Below, in pieces: positions 1 to 11,379 of a stretch of DNA of 64,000 nt. The notes under the pieces are model-generated. The model did not search any database and was not told the origin of the DNA. It saw only the letters and a program-made list of their open reading frames with translations. Source of the stretch: Alphaproteobacteria bacterium. Lineage in GTDB: Bacteria; Pseudomonadota; Alphaproteobacteria; MPNO01; UBA830. Position numbers and translations under genes: made by a program. The DNA is taken from the NCBI GenBank assembly GCA_964291215.2, contig OZ219791.1, positions 1,344,001-1,408,000 on the forward strand, written 5' to 3'. The stretch's first letter is position 1. Each line of letters begins with the position of its first letter.

Positions 1-1
1 G

Positions 2-115
2 GAACTCGAAAAGACTGCAGCCGTGGTGGGCCGGACCATGTCGACGGCGGCGGATCTTGATGTGCCGCTTGTCGTCGATACCAAGCACGGCCGGACCTGG
101 GACGAAGCTCATTGA
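2..115 (+). CDS. polA: DNA polymerase I, C-terminal end (partial)
   Basis: Frame 2 reads ELEKTAAVVGRTMSTAADLDVPLVVDTKHGRTWDEAH*, the typical Pol I terminal motif (L.VPL.VD..G..W.EAH). Confidence 0.85.
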   Translation, partial: ELEKTAAVVGRTMSTAADLDVPLVVDTKHGRTWDEAH

Positions 116-121
116 CTTTCT

Positions 122-172
122 GTAAGCGTTCGCGGTCACACGGTGATTGTCGCCGGTTGAGGATGCGTTTTC
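122..172. mobile_element. Partial IS66-type MITE (left end only)
   Basis: gtaagcgttcgcggtcacacggtgattgt...ccggttgaggatgcgtttt matches the start of the MITE at 10983. Confidence 0.6.
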
Positions 173-519
173 GGTCCTTGCGCAGCGGTCTCAGCCAGAT
201 GTCCTTTTTTTGGCTTGTCGTGTTTGTTGAGCGTATCGTAACGCCCTCGTCCCTTGGCGGTTCCGACACGGATTCACCCTGACGCCCGAGCGGTTGAACA
301 CTTTCTGACAGGGATTCCTTGCGCCACTTGCGGCAGAAGGCGTGGGCGATGGCTGCAGGGTTCGGTGCCGTGGTGATCAGGGCGCGCACCAGCGCCATCT
401 CGTGCGCGGTGAGGTTACGGCCGTGGCTCACCCCGGTTCCATGAGGTTATGTCGGCGCTCCGGGCTCATCGACCGTGGCTGCTACGGCTTGAGGTCGTCC
501 GGCTGTCGGCGGCGGTTTA

Positions 520-1060
520 AAACGGCGAGATTTCGGCGGAGATCCGCGTTTTTGAGCGGTTGGCTGTGTGGTTTCGGTGAACCCGGGTACGAGGTCGCGC
601 GGCGTTGATGAGAGGCTACCCGGTCTTCGTTTTCTCTCTGTTTTTGGAGCTTATGGGTCTTTTGCTTTGGCGTTGACTACGGTCCAGCCGGCGTTTTCTG
701 GCGGTCGACATCTGTGGAACGAGACATGGGAGGGGGCCTTCAGCCTTTTGCGCAGGGTTTCGGCCTGGCGCTCTGCGGCCTTGTCGTGGTCTTGCGCGTA
801 GGGGGACTTGCAGCAGGTAAGCGTTCGGTCACACAGTGATGGCTGATTCTGGTCGGTTTCGAGCCTTCTGACAGTCTGCCCATAAGACACATCCTCAACC
901 GATGATAATCATCAACAATCACCTCGTGACCGAACGATTACGGCAGCAGTCCGGAAGAGTGATCCGTAACGGTTTCTTCGTAACCGGTGGCTCCAGATGT
1001 CGCCGGAACGTCGCCAAGCGGCACTGCGACAGCCGTCTCCGTGCTCATCATCGTGGCCGA
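520..1060 (-). pseudogene. Degenerate Toprim-domain (primase-like) gene interrupted by a MITE
   Basis: Fragments ETAVAV..VPATSG and YAQDHDKAAERQAETLRKRL (Toprim DxD-like). A related copy lies at 60290-60600. Confidence 0.5.
817..941. mobile_element. 125-bp MITE with IS66-like TIRs
   Basis: Ends gtaagcgttcggtcac...gtgaccgaacgattac; flanks tgcagcag/ggcagcag (7/8 match, 8-bp TSD). Confidence 0.8.
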
Positions 1061-1129
1061 CCATGGTGATCTTGACCGCACGCGTGCGCTCCGCTTGGCG
1101 GAGACGATAAGCGCGCTGGCGGCGACGAC

Positions 1130-1895
1130 CCGTCCCATCGGTCGTCGCGGCGGCGGGCGGTCGTAGCGGGTGCCGCGCAGGCCGCGGTCTGCGAGCGCAG
1201 GAACTCGTTCCAGAAGATCTCTGCTTTGCTGGACAGCGATGCCCAGAACCTCGCGCCGGCCGTCCAGGTTGACCGCAACAGCTGCTATGGCTGCGGCGCT
1301 GACGATCCGGCGCGCCGTACCTTAATGTAGTGGCATCAAGCCAGAGGTAGGGCCATTCGCCTGCCAGCGGGCGGTTGAGGAAGACATTTACCCGCTCCTC
1401 GCCACAGAGCCGCGACACCTGGCTTTTCGACACATGCCCATGGCTTTAACCAGGTCGTCCACCGGTGTCGAGTAAGCCTCCGACAGCTTTCATGGCCTTT
1501 TCCGCTGCGGGGAAACTCGGGGAAGTAGCTGCCTTTGCGCAGCTTCGGGATAGTTACCGTCCTGGCGCGCGTCTCCCAGGCTCCGGTATCCGGGTTCACC
1601 CGGTCGACCATGCGTTCGTGCACGCCGGCACCGCTGTTCGATATCCAGCGCCATAAGGCGGTCGGCGACGAACCCAAGCATCTCGGCCAGCAGGTTGGTG
1701 TCGGACATCTCTGACAAAAGCGCGCCGCGGTCTCTGATAGGGTGTCTTTGGTGATGGTTGAACTCCTCAGTCAAAGGTCAGGTTGGCAACCAAGCCTTAG
1801 AACAACCGTGGCCGCCAAGCCGCCCGCGCGGGCTTTGCTACGCGAAGGCTCCGCCCGCGCTAACGGCGGAAGTTACACCGATCGTTGGGACGCTG
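1130..1895 (-). mobile_element. Degenerate IS256-family element (frameshifted, 3'-truncated transposase)
   Basis: Fragments LLAEMLGFVADRLMALD, WETRA..IPKLRKGSYFP and SKSQVSRLC..FLNRPLAGEWPYLWLDAT lie in different frames. Boundaries approximate. Confidence 0.85.
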
Positions 1896-1921
1896 CTCCG
1901 GAACGGCCGGCAGCCCGCTGT

Positions 1922-2635
1922 TCACGATGGCGGCGTCTCGTGTTCGACGCCTTCCGGCCACGGCTTCGGAGATGCGGCCGACGGCTTGTTGAGACAGAGC
2001 AGCAACCGCGTGCAGCCGGTGCCCGCGACCGGCGGCGAGCGGTGCACGATTCCGCTGCCCGGTCCGACAAAGCTTCCCTTGAAAACTGCCACATCGTGGA
2101 CCCGGAACCGCTCCAATGGTCCCTTGTATGATTTCTGCTCGCGCAACGCCCGCCCGGCGTCGACCGGCCGGACCCACTCGGTGGCAGGACCGCGGTATGT
2201 CGTCAGGAGGCGGGCCTCCACGCAGTCGCGGTGGAATTTCCAGCAGGCATCGTGGCTGACGCGCTCCAGCCGGACATCGACGAGACCGCTTCGGGCGATC
2301 CCGGCGAACGCCGAGACGAGATCGCCGATATCCCCGAGCAGCAGGTCCCGCATGTCTCCCGCAGGCATACCGCAGTCATCCAGATGTGGTTTCACCGCCT
2401 GTCGAAGGCTGCCCGGCCGGACGAGAACCCGCAGGTCGGGAAGACACGCCGCGTCCATTCGTTCGAGCCAGGCCTGCAAGCGCCGGGGCAGCGCGCGGCG
2501 CCAGATCACGAGTTCCATGCCGGGGTTGCCGATGGCGGCGAGACCTTCCGCTGCATTGCATGTCCCGACGCCCGCACCGAACGCGGCCGGCGCGCCGGCG
2601 AAACCGCCTTCCGGGGATACCGACGGACCGGTCAC
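1922..2635 (-). CDS. DUF1826 family protein
   Basis: [37 protein letters not shown] motifs; overlaps the COG0523 GTPase stop, a common arrangement. Confidence 0.8.
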   Translation of the reverse strand: MTGPSVSPEGGFAGAPAAFGAGVGTCNAAEGLAAIGNPGMELVIWRRALPRRLQAWLERMDAACLPDLRVLVRPGSLRQAVKPHLDDCGMPAGDMRDLLLGDIGDLVSAFAGIARSGLVDVRLERVSHDACWKFHRDCVEARLLTTYRGPATEWVRPVDAGRALREQKSYKGPLERFRVHDVAVFKGSFVGPGSGIVHRSPPVAGTGCTRLLLCLNKPSAASPKPWPEGVEHETPPS

Positions 2636-3855
2636 GACGGCTCGGCCCGCTTCCAGGCCGGGAACGGGTCCTTCAGCATTTTCCAGACTGCGGGCTGCAT
2701 GGCTTCGGCATCGGCGTCACCGACAAGGCAGGCGTCGAGGTGGTGGCGGATCGCATCCTCGTCCATATCGGTACCGATGAAGACGATTTCCTGGCGGCGG
2801 TCCCCGTAGACGGCGTCCCAGAAGTCGGCGATGTACCGGCGCCATTCTCGGTGGTCAGGCCACCGCTCTTTCGGCACATTCGCCCACCAGAAGCCCACCG
2901 CCTCATGGCGCACAAGGGCGCCGGCCTGGCTCAGCTCGCCGATCCATTCCGGACGGGTGGCCAGCCAGAAATGCCCTTTGGCGCGAATGACTCCCGGCCA
3001 AGAGGAATTGATGAAGGCGTAGAACTTCTCTGGATGGAACGGGCGGCGTTCCCGATATACGAAGCTGCGCACGCCGTATTCCTCCGTCTCCGGCTTATGG
3101 TCCGCAAAGCCGTACAGCTCCTTGAACCAGAGCGGATGTTCCTCGGCCTTGTCGTGGTCGAACCGCCCGGTGTTCAGGACTTTGTCCAGCGGCACGCGCG
3201 ACATGCTGGTTTCGATGAGTTCCGCATCGGGATTGAGCGAGCGGATGATCTTGCGCGCGACATCGAGCCGTTCAGGCGTTGCCGCGTCTATCTTGTTCAG
3301 AACGATGACATCGGCGAACTCGATCTGGTCGACAAGCAGGTTGACCAGCGTGCGGGTGTCCTCCTCGCCCAGAGCCTCGTCGCGGTCCTTGAGGAAGTCG
3401 GTCGAGGCGTAGTCGCGCAAGAGGTTCGCGGCATCGACCACGGTTACCATCGTATCGAGGCGCGAGACATCCTCTAGGCTCTCGCCCTCTTCTGTCCGGA
3501 AGCTGAAGGTGGCCGCCACGGGCAGCGGCTCGGAAATGCCGGTTGATTCGATGAGGAGGTAATCGAACCGGCCGTCCTCCGCGAGTGGTCGCACCTCCTT
3601 GAGAAGGTCGTCGCGCAAGGTGCAGCAGATGCAGCCATTGGTCATCTCGACAAGCGTTTCTTCCGTGCGGCTCAGATCGGCCCCGCCGTCCCGGATGAGG
3701 TCGGCGTCGATGTTGACCTCGCTCATGTCGTTGACGATGACCGCGACGCGCTTGCCTTCACGGTTGTTGAGGATGTGGTTCATCAGGGTAGTCTTGCCGG
3801 CACCGAGGAAGCCGGACAGTACGGTGACGGGAAGGTTCAGTCGTTCCAGGGTCAT
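2632..3855 (-). CDS. zigA: COG0523 zinc metallochaperone GTPase (ZigA/YciC-like)
   Basis: GFLGAGKTT Walker A, GCICC motif, ESTG, NKID, and CobW_C domain ([23 protein letters not shown]). Confidence 0.9.
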   Translation of the reverse strand: MTLERLNLPVTVLSGFLGAGKTTLMNHILNNREGKRVAVIVNDMSEVNIDADLIRDGGADLSRTEETLVEMTNGCICCTLRDDLLKEVRPLAEDGRFDYLLIESTGISEPLPVAATFSFRTEEGESLEDVSRLDTMVTVVDAANLLRDYASTDFLKDRDEALGEEDTRTLVNLLVDQIEFADVIVLNKIDAATPERLDVARKIIRSLNPDAELIETSMSRVPLDKVLNTGRFDHDKAEEHPLWFKELYGFADHKPETEEYGVRSFVYRERRPFHPEKFYAFINSSWPGVIRAKGHFWLATRPEWIGELSQAGALVRHEAVGFWWANVPKERWPDHREWRRYIADFWDAVYGDRRQEIVFIGTDMDEDAIRHHLDACLVGDADAEAMQPAVWKMLKDPFPAWKRAEPS

Positions 3856-3973
3856 GGCAGGCCTCCAGAGCGTGATTACGAGAAGTCGGGGGCGTCACAG
3901 GTGCGGGCGCCGCGTGAAGCCGGGGAAAGCAGCCGGGCTAGCGCCGGAAGCATGAGAGGCGTCTCACCGTCCC

Positions 3974-4445
3974 TCAAAGCTGGATCGGGTTCGGCGCGTC
4001 GCCATAGACGGTCCCGAAATCGAAGGATTTTCGGGATTTCGTGAACACGAGCCGGGCGGGTCCGCCGAGAGGGCCTTCGACCGACCGATAGAAGCAGGAA
4101 CGGTATCCGACGTGGCAACTGGCGCCCGAACCGGAGACCCGGACGCGCAGCCAGACGGCGTCCTGGTCGTCGATGCGTCTCGACAATCTCCTGGACGAGG
4201 CCGCCGGTCGCGCCTTTGCGCCAGAGGCACCGGCGGCTCCAATAATGCGCCTCGCTGGTCGCGATCGTTCGCTGCAGAGCCTCGCCGTTCATGTAGCCCA
4301 GCACTTCGCCCGTGTTCGCGTCGGTCGTGTCGCAGGGGATCAGCCCGTCGGCGTCGAATCTGGGCGCGAGCGCGAGGTCCTGCTTGACCGTGGTACGGGA
4401 CGCGAAGGGGGCGGCGGCGGCTGGAACGGACCTATCAGACGCCAT
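3974..4445 (-). pseudogene. hisI: Phosphoribosyl-AMP cyclohydrolase, Cys-reduced Zur-regulated paralog, frameshifted
   Basis: [27 protein letters not shown], then a frame change to [22 protein letters not shown]. Confidence 0.85.
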
Positions 4446-4510
4446 TTTCGAATCCTCTTCTGCGGCCGCGCCCGGCATTCGGGAGTACTTGGCTGTTGTC
4501 ATGCATAAAA

Positions 4511-4528
4511 GCAATGTTATAACATATA
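4511..4528. promoter_or_regulatory. Zur box between divergent zinc-starvation operons
   Basis: gcaATGTTATAACATata; perfect 12-bp palindrome in an AT-rich spacer directly upstream of a zur-like gene. Confidence 0.8.
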
Positions 4529-4556
4529 TTAACTTAGCGCAAGAAGGGACAAGACC

Positions 4557-5063
4557 ATGGCGCCCCAGCCGATCCAATCCCAACCCTGTACCGATCCCGA
4601 CTGCCGCGGGCAGCATTTGCCGGCTGAACAGGTTGCGCTGGCGGTGTTCCTTTGCCGCGCGCGCGGGGTGCCGCTTACGAAGCTACGGCGCCAGGTGCTG
4701 AAACTGCTCTGGGAGAGCGGTCGCCCGACGGGCGCCTATGAACTGATCGAAGCCCTCAAGCTCCGGGACTCCCGCCCGGTCGGGCCGCCTACCGTCTACC
4801 GGACGCTTCAGTTCCTGATATCCCAAGGGCTCGTCTCGAAGATTGAAAGCCGGAATGCTTACGTCGCCTGCGCGCATCCGGAGCGCCGGCATGACAGCCT
4901 GTTTTTCGTCTGCAACGACTGCGGAGCGGCGGCCGAACGGGAGGATTTGCGGGGCGAGCGGCTGCTTGCCGAGAATGCCGCCGTCCTCGGGTACTGCGTG
5001 ATGCGGCTCGTGGTCGAGGTGGAGGGTACCTGCGCGAGTTGCATCGCGGCCGGCGCGGCCTAA
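4557..5063 (+). CDS. zur: Fur-family regulator, Zur-like
   Basis: LTKLRRQVL..GAYELI..PPTVYRTLQFL..SKIESRNAYVAC, plus CxxC pairs. Confidence 0.85.
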   Translation: MAPQPIQSQPCTDPDCRGQHLPAEQVALAVFLCRARGVPLTKLRRQVLKLLWESGRPTGAYELIEALKLRDSRPVGPPTVYRTLQFLISQGLVSKIESRNAYVACAHPERRHDSLFFVCNDCGAAAEREDLRGERLLAENAAVLGYCVMRLVVEVEGTCASCIAAGAA

Positions 5064-5083
5064 GCGGAAAAGAGGGGCGCGCC

Positions 5084-6229
5084 GTGGAAAGCCGGACTCC
5101 CGATGGATCGTCGCAGCGTCTGCCGGTCTCGGTGCTGACCGGCTTCCTTGGCAGCGGCAAGACAACCGTGCTCAACCATCTGATCCGGCAACCCGCAATG
5201 AGCCGGACACTCGTGCTCATCAACGAGTTCGGCGAGATCGGCCTCGACCACGACCTCGTGACACACAGCAAGGACGATGTCGTCGTCGAGATGTCGAGCT
5301 GCTGCCTCTGCTGCACCATACGGGGCGATCTTGCCAAGACCCTGCGCGAGGCCCCCGGATGCCTTGCGCGCGGGGGCGGACCACTGTTCGACCGGGTGGT
5401 TATCGAGACCACCGGGCTCGCTGATCCGGCGCCGATTCTTCATACACTGATGACCGAACCGGCTGTCGCGCGGCGCTATCGCCTGGACGGAGTTATCTCC
5501 ACAGCCGATGCGGTCAATGGCGAGGACACGCTTGATCGTCAGATCGAGCCGGTCAAGCAGGCGGCAATGGCCGATCTCCTGCTGATCACGAAAACTGATC
5601 TCGTCGACCTCGATGTTCTGCGCCGACTGCAGGGACGTCTGCGGAAACTCAATCCAGCCGCCCCGCAGATCATCGCAGAGAACGGTGCTGTCGATCCGGG
5701 TTTGCTGTTCGATGCCGGTCTCTACGACCCGAAAACCAAGAGCCTCGACGTGCAGAAGTGGCTCAAGGCGGAAGCCTATGCCGAGCCGCACGATCATGAA
5801 CACGGAACGGCTGACCACGGCCACACCCACGAACACCATGACGTCAATCGCCATGACGCTCACATCAGGGCTGTCTGCCTCACGATCGATGAGCCGATCC
5901 ACGGCAATGCGCTCGAACTCTGGCTCGAAACACTGCTCCTGCTTCGGGGCGCGGACCTTCTGCGCATCAAGGGGATCATCAATGTGGTCGATCTCGAAGG
6001 ACCGGTCGTCATTCACGGCGTTCAGCACGTCTTTCACCCGGCGGTCACGCTCAGGGAGTGGCCGAGCGGAGATCGTCGCTCCCAAATCGTCTTCATCACT
6101 CGCAACATCGACGAGTCGCTCCTGCACGACACGCTGCGGAAGTTCAACGCCGCCTCGGTCCAGTCTCCGAGTCCCCTTCCGGTTGACAGCCGTGACCGCT
6201 CTATCGCCATGTTGGAGACGCGACGATGA
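5084..6229 (+). CDS. COG0523/CobW-family GTPase with His-rich insert
   Basis: [17 protein letters not shown], His-rich linker, LRIKG..HGVQH. Confidence 0.9.
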   Translation: MESRTPDGSSQRLPVSVLTGFLGSGKTTVLNHLIRQPAMSRTLVLINEFGEIGLDHDLVTHSKDDVVVEMSSCCLCCTIRGDLAKTLREAPGCLARGGGPLFDRVVIETTGLADPAPILHTLMTEPAVARRYRLDGVISTADAVNGEDTLDRQIEPVKQAAMADLLLITKTDLVDLDVLRRLQGRLRKLNPAAPQIIAENGAVDPGLLFDAGLYDPKTKSLDVQKWLKAEAYAEPHDHEHGTADHGHTHEHHDVNRHDAHIRAVCLTIDEPIHGNALELWLETLLLLRGADLLRIKGIINVVDLEGPVVIHGVQHVFHPAVTLREWPSGDRRSQIVFITRNIDESLLHDTLRKFNAASVQSPSPLPVDSRDRSIAMLETRR

Positions 6230-7608
6230 CCTTGCGCCTTGTCAATACACTCACCCGGACGAAAGAGCCGGTTTCTCCGGTGAACCCCGATCACGTCTCG
6301 ATATATGTCTGCGGGCCAACCGTCTACGACTTCGCCCACATCGGCAATGCCCGCCCGGCAGTCGTATTCGACGTTCTCTATCGTTTGTTGAAGCGGCGCT
6401 TCGGGAGTGTCGTCTACGCGCGCAATTTCACCGATGTCGACGACAAAATCAACGCCGCTGCGAAGGAGGCCGGCCAGCCGATCGCTGCCGTCACGGAACG
6501 CTACATCATGGCCTACCGTGCCGACATGACCGCGCTCGGAGTCCTGACGCCGGATCTTGAACCGCGCGTGACGGAGCACATTCCCGAGATCATCGGCATG
6601 GTGGAACGGTTGATCGCGCGTGGTCATGCCTATGCGGTCGAGGGGCATGTCCTGTTCCACGTGCCCTCGTACTCAGCCTACGGAGCCCTGTCGGGCCGCA
6701 AGCGTGTCGAGATGAACGCCGGCGCCAGGGTCGAGGTCGCACCCTACAAGCGAGATCCGGCGGACTTCGTCCTCTGGAAGCCCTCGACCCCGGACCTCCC
6801 GGGCTGGGGGAGTCCTTGGGGTCGCGGGCGACCCGGCTGGCATATCGAATGTTCGGCCATGATCGAGCGGCGCCTAGGTGCAACAATTGACATTCATGGA
6901 GGCGGTCAGGATCTGATCTTTCCGCACCATGAGAACGAGATCGCCCAGGGCACCTGCGTCCACGACGGAGAGCTCTACTGCCGTCATTGGGTCCACAACG
7001 GTTTCGTCAACGTCGAGGGGCGAAAAATGTCGAAGTCGCTCGGCAACGTGCTTCTTGTCCGTGATCTCCTCAGGCAAGCGCCCGGTGAAGCCATTCGCCT
7101 TGCGCTTCTGGGTGCGCACTATCGCCAGCCGCTCGGCTGGAGCGCGGACGGACTCGCCCAAGCGAAGCGCGGCCTTGATCGTCTCTATGGAACGCTTCGC
7201 AGTCTCGGAGATGCTCCCGCTGTGGTCTGTCCGCTCGGCCTGCTCGATGCGTTCGAGGCGGCCCTTGAGGACGATCTGAACTTCCCGGGAGCCATCGCTG
7301 AACTCTTCCGTTTGGCGAAGGCGGCGCGCCAGGCGGCGACCGCAGCGGACCGTGCCGCCCACAAGGCGGCCTTGCGCAACGCCGGCGGCCTGCTGGGCCT
7401 GTTGCAGGAGGAGCCGGCAGCCTGGTTCGGACAGACCGCGGGAGAAGACGAGGTCACGGCACGAGTCCAGCGTCTGGTTGAGGCGCGGTCGGCCGCCCGG
7501 TCGGCACGAGACTACGCCACCGCGGACTGCATCCGCGCCGAAATCGCTTCGCTTGGCATGACCGTCGAGGACCGCGCCGACGGTTCAGCCTGGCGGAGGA
7601 CCGGTTAG
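6226..7608 (+). CDS. cysS: Cysteine--tRNA ligase (Zur-operon paralog)
   Basis: [36 protein letters not shown]. Confidence 0.95.
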   Translation: MTLRLVNTLTRTKEPVSPVNPDHVSIYVCGPTVYDFAHIGNARPAVVFDVLYRLLKRRFGSVVYARNFTDVDDKINAAAKEAGQPIAAVTERYIMAYRADMTALGVLTPDLEPRVTEHIPEIIGMVERLIARGHAYAVEGHVLFHVPSYSAYGALSGRKRVEMNAGARVEVAPYKRDPADFVLWKPSTPDLPGWGSPWGRGRPGWHIECSAMIERRLGATIDIHGGGQDLIFPHHENEIAQGTCVHDGELYCRHWVHNGFVNVEGRKMSKSLGNVLLVRDLLRQAPGEAIRLALLGAHYRQPLGWSADGLAQAKRGLDRLYGTLRSLGDAPAVVCPLGLLDAFEAALEDDLNFPGAIAELFRLAKAARQAATAADRAAHKAALRNAGGLLGLLQEEPAAWFGQTAGEDEVTARVQRLVEARSAARSARDYATADCIRAEIASLGMTVEDRADGSAWRRTG

Positions 7609-8076
7609 ATGGAGGTTCCTCTACAAGCGGGATCCGCACCGACGGAGACCGTCGCGGATGTCCAGCAATCCATCGTGGACAGCTTCCGGTATCTCGAAAA
7701 TTGGACGGAGCGCTACCAGTATCTGATCGAACTGGGTCGCCGGCTGCCGCCATTTCCGGAGACGAAGTGGATCGAGGCCAACAGGCTGCAGGGCTGTCAG
7801 GCCGGAGTCTGGTTCGTCGCCGAGTACCGCAACGGCAAGCTCGATTTCAGGGCGACAAGCCACTCTGCCATCGTCGCCGGGCTCATCGCCCTGCTGCTTA
7901 AGGTCTATTCAGGGCGTCAGCCCGATCAGGTCTTGGCGGCCTCGCCGGCATTCATCGACGAGATCGGTCTCGCCGAGCACCTTTCGCCGCATCGGGCTAA
8001 CTGTCTCTTGCTCGCGCGCATTCGCATGTTCGCCATGGCGCATGCTCCGGGCAACTCTGCCGGGGGAGGTGCATGA
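7609..8076 (+). CDS. sufE: SufE-family sulfur acceptor protein
   Basis: WTERYQYLIELGRRLP..GCQAGVW..IVAGLIALL..IGLAEHLSP.R.N. Confidence 0.85.
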   Translation: MEVPLQAGSAPTETVADVQQSIVDSFRYLENWTERYQYLIELGRRLPPFPETKWIEANRLQGCQAGVWFVAEYRNGKLDFRATSHSAIVAGLIALLLKVYSGRQPDQVLAASPAFIDEIGLAEHLSPHRANCLLLARIRMFAMAHAPGNSAGGGA

Positions 8077-8543
8077 TGGATCGCAAGCTGTACCACGAAC
8101 GGATCTTGCAGCTTGCCGCATCGATATCCCGGGTAGGCCGGCTGGCGGCTCCCGACGCGTCGGCAACCGTACGCAGTCGACTTTGCGGCAGCCGGATCAC
8201 CGTCGATCTCAAACTCGATGGCGATGTCATCACCGACTACGCCCACGAGATCAGGACCTGTGCTATCGGGAAAGCGGTCGCTTCCGTCGTCGCCGGGGTC
8301 GTTGTTGGCCTGACCGTCGACGAGGTGGACGAGGGCGCGAGGATTCTGAGTGCCATTCTTCGGGACAAGACGCTCCCGCCGCCGGGATCCTGGGTCGAAC
8401 TCGAACTATTCCTGCCGGTGGCGGACTTCCGCAGCCGCCATGACTCGGCGTCGCTTCCTTTCCAGGCGCTGCAGCGCGCAATTGCGGAGGCTGGCCCCAG
8501 GCAGCAGCGATCTGCCGCGGTCAGCTCCGGGCAGGTGGTATAG
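8073..8543 (+). CDS. IscU/NifU-N-like Fe-S scaffold protein (alphaproteobacterial type)
   Basis: [24 protein letters not shown] pattern. Confidence 0.75.
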   Translation: MMDRKLYHERILQLAASISRVGRLAAPDASATVRSRLCGSRITVDLKLDGDVITDYAHEIRTCAIGKAVASVVAGVVVGLTVDEVDEGARILSAILRDKTLPPPGSWVELELFLPVADFRSRHDSASLPFQALQRAIAEAGPRQQRSAAVSSGQVV

Positions 8544-8545
8544 AC

Positions 8546-8803
8546 ATGACCAAACTCCCCTCCCTGGGCCTGATCCTGCTCATCCGTGCCTATCAGTATC
8601 TGTTGTCGCTGCTGCTTGGTTCCAACTGCCGCTTTATGCCGAGCTGTTCGGCCTATGCCATCGAAGCCTTGCGGCAGCACGGCCTCGTCCGCGGCGGCTG
8701 GTTGACAGTCGGCCGCCTGTTACGCTGTCACCCTTGGCATCCGGGCGGCCTGGACCCGGTATCGCCTGCAAAGGCGCGGCGAGGGAGAGCGTCGTTTCGA
8801 TGA
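8546..8803 (+). CDS. yidD: Membrane protein insertion efficiency factor
   Basis: [36 protein letters not shown]. Confidence 0.9.
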   Translation: MTKLPSLGLILLIRAYQYLLSLLLGSNCRFMPSCSAYAIEALRQHGLVRGGWLTVGRLLRCHPWHPGGLDPVSPAKARRGRASFR

Positions 8804-9359
8804 TCCGCAGAAATCCGCGCGGCGACATGCCGGTCGTCCATGAGAGCGCGTTTGTCGACCCCACTGCCATTCTCTGCAGTCGCGTGATCGTAAACGGAAG
8901 TGTCTTCATCGGACCCTATGCGGTGATCCGTGCCGACGAAGTCGATGCAGAAGGCCATATGGAGGCCATCGTCATCGGTGCGCATTCGAACATTCGGGAT
9001 GGCGTGGTCATCCAGTCCAAGTCCGGCGCGGAGTTACCGTCGGCGAGCGGACTTCGATCGCATATCGCGCGATTGTCCACGGCCTCTGCACGGTGGGCGA
9101 CGGTGTTTTCATCGGCTTTAACAGCGTGCTCTTCAACTGCGCTGTGGGTGAAGGCTGTGTTGTGAAGCACAACTCGGTGGTCGATGGCCGTGACCTGCCA
9201 CCCGGTTTCCTCGTCCCCTCGACACAGCGCATCGGACCCCGCACCGATCTCGTCGCCATCCCGAAGGTCACGGCCGATGCCTCCGAGTTCTCGGAGGATG
9301 TCGTGCGCACCAACAACTCTCTCGTCCAAGGATGCAAGCGCCTTGAGGGGGAGTTTTGA
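8800..9359 (+). pseudogene. Gamma-class carbonic anhydrase (hexapeptide repeat), frameshifted
   Basis: [28 protein letters not shown].., frame shift near 9030, then VGDGVFIGFNSVLFNC. Confidence 0.85.
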
Positions 9360-9427
9360 ACATGCGTGCCGTCCTCATCTTCAGGCCGTTCTTATGATCC
9401 AGATCGCGCTGCCTGACGGCGCCCACC

Positions 9428-10118
9428 TTACAGAGCGCGCGTAAGCTCGCTGAGAGAGACCTTCTGCCAGTCGTCGGCGTCGAAGTTTTCCGGCGCGAAC
9501 CATTGGGCGTGGACTTCGCGGATGGCGGCCATTTTTCGCCAGTCAGCGAGAACCAGGCCGTGTTGCGGTTCCGGCCCTTGACGATTAGGTGGTGGAGGAA
9601 AGGTCCTCGTAGCGGAAGCCGAGGCGGAGTGCCGCCGCGCGCGAGCCGGCGTTCAGCGCGTTGCACTTCCATTCGAGCCGCCGGTAGTCGCGCGTCTCCA
9701 GCACATGGTGCATCATCAGCGAGAGCACTTCCGTCGCGCGGATGTCACGCCCGAACCAGATATTGCCGATCTCGCCGACGTCGGCGGCCTGCCTGATCTC
9801 CATGAAGCTGCCCATGCCGCCCGGCGCGCCCGTGGCCCGGTCGCGATAGACCATGAAGAAGTGGGTCCTTCGACGCGGCGCAGCCGGTGAGCCATTCATG
9901 CGCGGCCTCCACGCTGGCGAACGGGCCTTAGCCGAGACAGTCCCGGATGCGGTCCGGCTCCTCGCCCTCGATCCCGGCGGCGTGCTGTCGGGAGTCGGAC
10001 AAGGGGTTGCAGGTGTATGTGAAGCCGCTGTCGGCGGACTGGCGGGAGGCTCTCGGGCGGGCGCCGGACCGAGTGATCGGTTCAGGCCCGCCTCTCGCGT
10101 CGGGGAAGGATGCGACAT
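9428..10118 (-). pseudogene. RimJ/RimL-like GNAT acetyltransferase remnant
   Basis: EIGNIWFG..YRRLEWKCNALN..SRAAALRLGF and IVKGRNRNTAWFS split across frames with stops. Confidence 0.85.
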
Positions 10119-10362
10119 GGCGGAGTACGGACGGAGCGTGCACAGCGACATGCGCAAGCGTCTTGTCACGATAGGCGATGCTTGGTGCGGTCGTCCGGAT
10201 GCGCCGCTGCCGGTGATCTTTCCCGGCGAGGCGGAGCAGCTTACAGGTTCCTGTCGAACCTGAGGATCGGTATGCAAGACATCCTTATTGGACATCGTCG
10301 CGGAGAAAACGATCGACATCGCGGCCTGTGGCGCCCCCGGACGCGCAAGGGGCGCACGAACG

Positions 10363-10830
10363 TCAAGCTACGGGCCGGTCTCGTTGACTTCGTCCCGCCC
10401 TGGGACAATCCTTACTACGTACCATCGCATGGCCGCTCTCCGCGACCAGTTGCGACACCTTCCTCAGCACGTTCGGCGTCAGCTGGCTCACGTTGTCCAC
10501 CGCCGTCTGATGCTCGTAGCGTGTGTCGTCCGAGATGTGACCTAGGGACTTGCGAACCGTCTTGTTCACCAGCTCGTGCAGGTGATCGAAGTCATACCTC
10601 GGGCCCTGCTTCAGGACACCGGGATCTTCCACAGCGCCGGGACGCCCTTTCGTGTGGGACACTCCGGGAAGGATCCCCTCCTCCAGGATCTCAGACAGCC
10701 GGGTCGACGGGTCGGCGTACACGTGCTGAATCCCGCGCAGCGGGATGTTGTTCCGCGAGTTCTCGTTGAGATCGATCTCCTCGATCGCAACCTGTCCCAA
10801 TTCCAACTGAGGGCGGATGACATCTCGCAT
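10363..10830 (-). mobile_element. Degenerate ISNCY-type transposase N-terminal fragment
   Basis: MRDVIRPQLELGQVAIEEIDL..SR..IP..RGIQHVY..GRPG..DFDHLHELVN..LGH..QT..DN..LTP. Confidence 0.65.
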
Positions 10831-10982
10831 GGCAATTCTCGCGAAGTTTCCCGAAAATCCGGTTGATTCTCGGTCAAACCAGCCGATTCCCGCCCCAAAG
10901 CGGGATTCTCCGCCTCACCTATACCACGATTCAGGCATTTAAGTCAAATGGTTGTGCCTTTTCGTGCGGGCGCTAAATCGGG

Positions 10983-11107
10983 GTAAGCGTTTGGTCACGG
11001 GCTGATTGTTGGTGATCATAACCGGTCGAGGATGCGTTTTGTCGGCAGATTGTCAGAAGGCTCGGAACCGACCAGAATCAGTCGTCACCGCGTGACCGAA
11101 CGCTTAC
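10983..11107. mobile_element. 125-bp MITE with IS66-like TIRs (inverted relative to 817-941)
   Basis: gtaagcgtttggtcacg...cgtgaccgaacgcttac; flanks aaatcggg/aactcggg (7/8 match). Confidence 0.8.
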
Positions 11108-11379
11108 AACTCGGGTTGCCTTTAGTTCTCGCTTCAGCTGCTTCGCCTTTCGGCGAACCGCCTTCACCTCCGCACGGGTCGCCTTGAGATGGTGTTCCAG
11201 CGCCTCCGCTCGGATTCGCCTCGTAAAGCGCATGCCAGTCAGGCTCCTCGCAGGGCCCAGACAGCAGACACTGGCCCTCTCCCATCAGCGGCCGTGCCGC
11301 CCCGTGTGTCTCCTCGAAAGGCTCCATGGCCTCGACAATAGATGAGGCCAATTTTTTCCTAATTCCCACTCAAACTAAG

